A model generated the notes under the pieces. That model had not been told where the DNA came from and ran no database searches. It was given only the letters and a program-made list of their open reading frames with translations. Shown here in pieces: positions 61,768 through 64,000 of a stretch of DNA of 64,000 bases. Position numbers and translations under genes: made by a program. Position 1 is the stretch's first letter, and each line of letters begins with the position of its first letter. Source of the DNA: Alphaproteobacteria bacterium (GTDB lineage: Bacteria > Pseudomonadota > Alphaproteobacteria > MPNO01 > UBA2964); assembly GCA_049602055.1 (NCBI GenBank), contig JBMYRG010000003.1:112495-176494 (forward strand). Direction: 5' to 3'.

Positions 61768-62925
61768 ATGGCTGATCAGTTTTTCGACACGATCCCTGCC
61801 TTCACGGAATTCAAGGAAGTCGTCCAGAAAGATCGATACCGACCCTTGCCCGAAGACTGGCTCATCGGCGTCGCTGATGTCGTCAACTCCACAGGTGCTT
61901 TGCAGGCCGGACGGTACAAGGCTGTAAAAATTGTCGGTGCCAGTGTCATATCCGCGATCATGAATCTCGATAGAGATGCGTCCTTCCCTTTCGTCTTTGG
62001 TGGCGATGGTGCCGCGTTCGCCGTGCCAGAAAGCCGTCAAGATGACGTTGCTGAAGCCCTTGCCGGGTGTCAACGCTGGGCAGAGGAAGAGATTGATCTG
62101 GAACTACGCGCTGCGCTGGTACCGGTGCGCGATGTTTTGGCCGCCGGCAAACAGGTAAGCGTCGCCCGATTTCAGGTTTCGCCGGGTGTCGCCTATGCAA
62201 TGTTTTCTGGTGGCGGAATCGCCTGGGCCGATGCCGCTATGAAAGCTGGTGACTATACCATCGACCCGGCGGCACCGGGTACCCGTCCCGATCTCAACGG
62301 ACTGTCCTGCCGCTGGCGGCCAATGGAATCACAGAACGGCGAAATTCTCTCGTTACTGGTTATCCCACGCGATCCTGAAACCGAAGTCGAATTTGCAAAA
62401 CTGGTCGAAGAAATTCTCTCGATCCTGAACCGCGAAGCCGAGCGTGATGGACATCCTGTCGCCCCGGATGGACCGACCTATTCTTGGCCACCCTAGGGAC
62501 TAGGCATTGAAGTCAGCGCGTCACGGGGTACGAAGTCTAAACTCAGCCGTACGCTCGCCATTATCGGGGAACAGGCGGTACCCTGTTTTCTCGAACTGTT
62601 TGGTGGTCGGCTCAAACGCTTCGATCCCGCGCGTTACAAGCTTGAAACCACGCAAAACACGGATTTTCGCAAATATGATGACGGACTCAAATTGACCGTC
62701 GATTGCAAAACGGAAACGATTTCAGAGATCGAGAAAATTCTCTCAGCGGCTCAGGAAACCGGCACGGCCTTTTTCGGCCTTTATCGACAGGATAGCGCTG
62801 TAATGACCTGCATCGTCCCATCACCCTTTACCAACGACCACATCCATTTTGTCGATGGTGGTTCGGGGGGATATGCACTGGCCGCCGTGCAGCTCAAAAA
62901 AGCCATAGCGGCAGCCAGCGATTAA
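61768..62925 (+). pseudogene. DUF3095-like protein (nucleotide-cyclase-like fold?) with one in-frame TAG at 62494..62496
   Basis: Frame stays open from 62497 to 62925 (…PDGPTYSWPP*GLGIEVSASRGTK…TVDCKTETISE…). Total is about 385 codons. The N-terminal half has VVNSTGAL…FVFGGDGAAFAVP, reminiscent of class III cyclase / GGDEF folds. Confidence 0.5.
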
Positions 62926-62935
62926 ACCTTAAGCG

Positions 62936-64000
62936 TCACACGTGGTCTTCGAGCCAGTCCATCAGCATCGGCATCTGATGAACCCAGCAGTCATGGGAAC
63001 AATGCACCGTGCCGCCTTCTTTGGGGTCATCATAGATATGCAACGTTTTGTCCTCAGCGCCGATTTCGCTAAACAGCTTTTTGGCACCTTCGACGTCCAT
63101 AAGCTTGTCCATCGATCCGTGAGTCATGATGGTCGGCACTTTGATGTTCTGAGCGATCCCTTCCATCGTGAAATCTTTTAGCAGGACCTGTGCCTCTTCA
63201 TCCGTCACACCACCCAGCAACCGCTGGACGGTCGGTCGCAAATGTTCGTAATGAAGGTACAGATCATCAAGAATCGAATAACAGCCACACCAGGAAATGA
63301 GCGCCTTGATACGATCCTCAAACGCTGCGACGCGCGGTGCATAATACCCTGCCATCGAAATACCCATTAGCGCTACACGATCAGGATCGATCTCTGGCCG
63401 CGAGAACAGATAATCAAAACTAGCTTTGCCCGGCACTTCGTAATCGGGCCGTGTCGGGATGTTCTTCACATACATTGAGGAGCCACGTCCGGGGGTGTCG
63501 ACGAGCAGCATCGCATAACCGCGCTCGCATAATTCACTACCGCCAAAGTAAATCTCTTCAGCAAAAGCATCTGCCCCACCAATGAAAAATACCGCCGGCC
63601 ATTTCTCGGTCTTTGGATTGCGCGGGTGACAGAAATACCCTTCGTAAACTTCATCGCCGCAGGGGACTTCAATTACTTCAATCTTGGGATCGTTATATTT
63701 TGCGCCTGCCCGAAAGCATTCCTGGGACTTCAAGAAACGTTCACGCTTGTCATCATTGCGTTCGATGGTCAGCAATACATCCGACATCCGCCAATACTGA
63801 TTGGCGGCATAATAATATTTCATCGCTGTGCGGGTGTGACCGGCTGCTTCTGCTTTCTTGGCGCGCGCCTCGGTATCCTCGGCTTTATCGATCCAGGCCT
63901 GTTCAAACGCATCTTTATCGCCGGGTTCAATGTCCTTCAGAACACGCGAAATTTCGAACACATCGCCGCCGCCATAAGCGGCCTCCGCAACGGTCCGCAA
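62936..64000 (-). CDS. alpha/beta hydrolase (esterase / dienelactone-hydrolase-like), 5' end beyond the window
   Basis: At least 354 aa. Nucleophile elbow GISMAG, C-terminal HG…H. The ORF runs off the window edge. Confidence 0.6.
   Translation of the reverse strand: MRTVAEAAYGGGDVFEISRVLKDIEPGDKDAFEQAWIDKAEDTEARAKKAEAAGHTRTAMKYYYAANQYWRMSDVLLTIERNDDKRERFLKSQECFRAGAKYNDPKIEVIEVPCGDEVYEGYFCHPRNPKTEKWPAVFFIGGADAFAEEIYFGGSELCERGYAMLLVDTPGRGSSMYVKNIPTRPDYEVPGKASFDYLFSRPEIDPDRVALMGISMAGYYAPRVAAFEDRIKALISWCGCYSILDDLYLHYEHLRPTVQRLLGGVTDEEAQVLLKDFTMEGIAQNIKVPTIMTHGSMDKLMDVEGAKKLFSEIGAEDKTLHIYDDPKEGGTVHCSHDCWVHQMPMLMDWLEDHV

Noticed and set aside
62507-62695. 62-aa ORF in a different frame, which could suggest a double frameshift in the DUF3095 gene
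   Set aside because: The original frame is actually open throughout 62497..62925. Only a single TAG interrupts it, so no frameshift is needed.

Overview
This 64 kb window looks like a chromosomal segment from an alphaproteobacterium with roughly 50-55% GC. It is densely packed with housekeeping genes. These include panCB, ggt, the conserved rpmH-rnpA-yidD-yidC-engB-argB block, dapDE, truA-fmt-def, rmuC, recR-ybaB-dnaX with the SRP RNA (ffs) upstream of dnaX, nudC, pheA, kdsB and a yejA-yejA-yejB-yejE-yejF peptide ABC transporter with a duplicated substrate-binding protein. One tRNA-Arg(ACG) is present. No transposase, integrase or CRISPR array was seen. The 3' third (about 55.4-62.9 kb) looks like an aromatic-compound catabolic cluster: FAD monooxygenase, class II aldolase, two tandem VOC-fold proteins, a TctC-type binding protein, a UbiD-family decarboxylase and a DUF3095-like protein. 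The most unusual signal is a set of point-level gene disruptions with no frameshifts. Four in-frame TAG codons lie inside otherwise continuous, domain-conserved reading frames: two in a PAS / degenerate GGDEF / EAL gene, one in an FtsX permease remnant, one in the DUF3095 gene. One in-frame TGA splits a FemAB-like acetyltransferase. Two genes (a NupC-type nucleoside transporter and the FAD monooxygenase) encode conserved N-terminal motifs upstream of any ATG/GTG/TTG, with ATA or ATT sitting where the start codon should be. A second candidate novelty is a short secreted peptide with three CNPCAAK(K)RG repeats, strong SD and an upstream hairpin, at the end of a DedA / flavoprotein disulfide reductase operon. 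All functional calls are from reading the translated ORFs by eye; no database searches were run.
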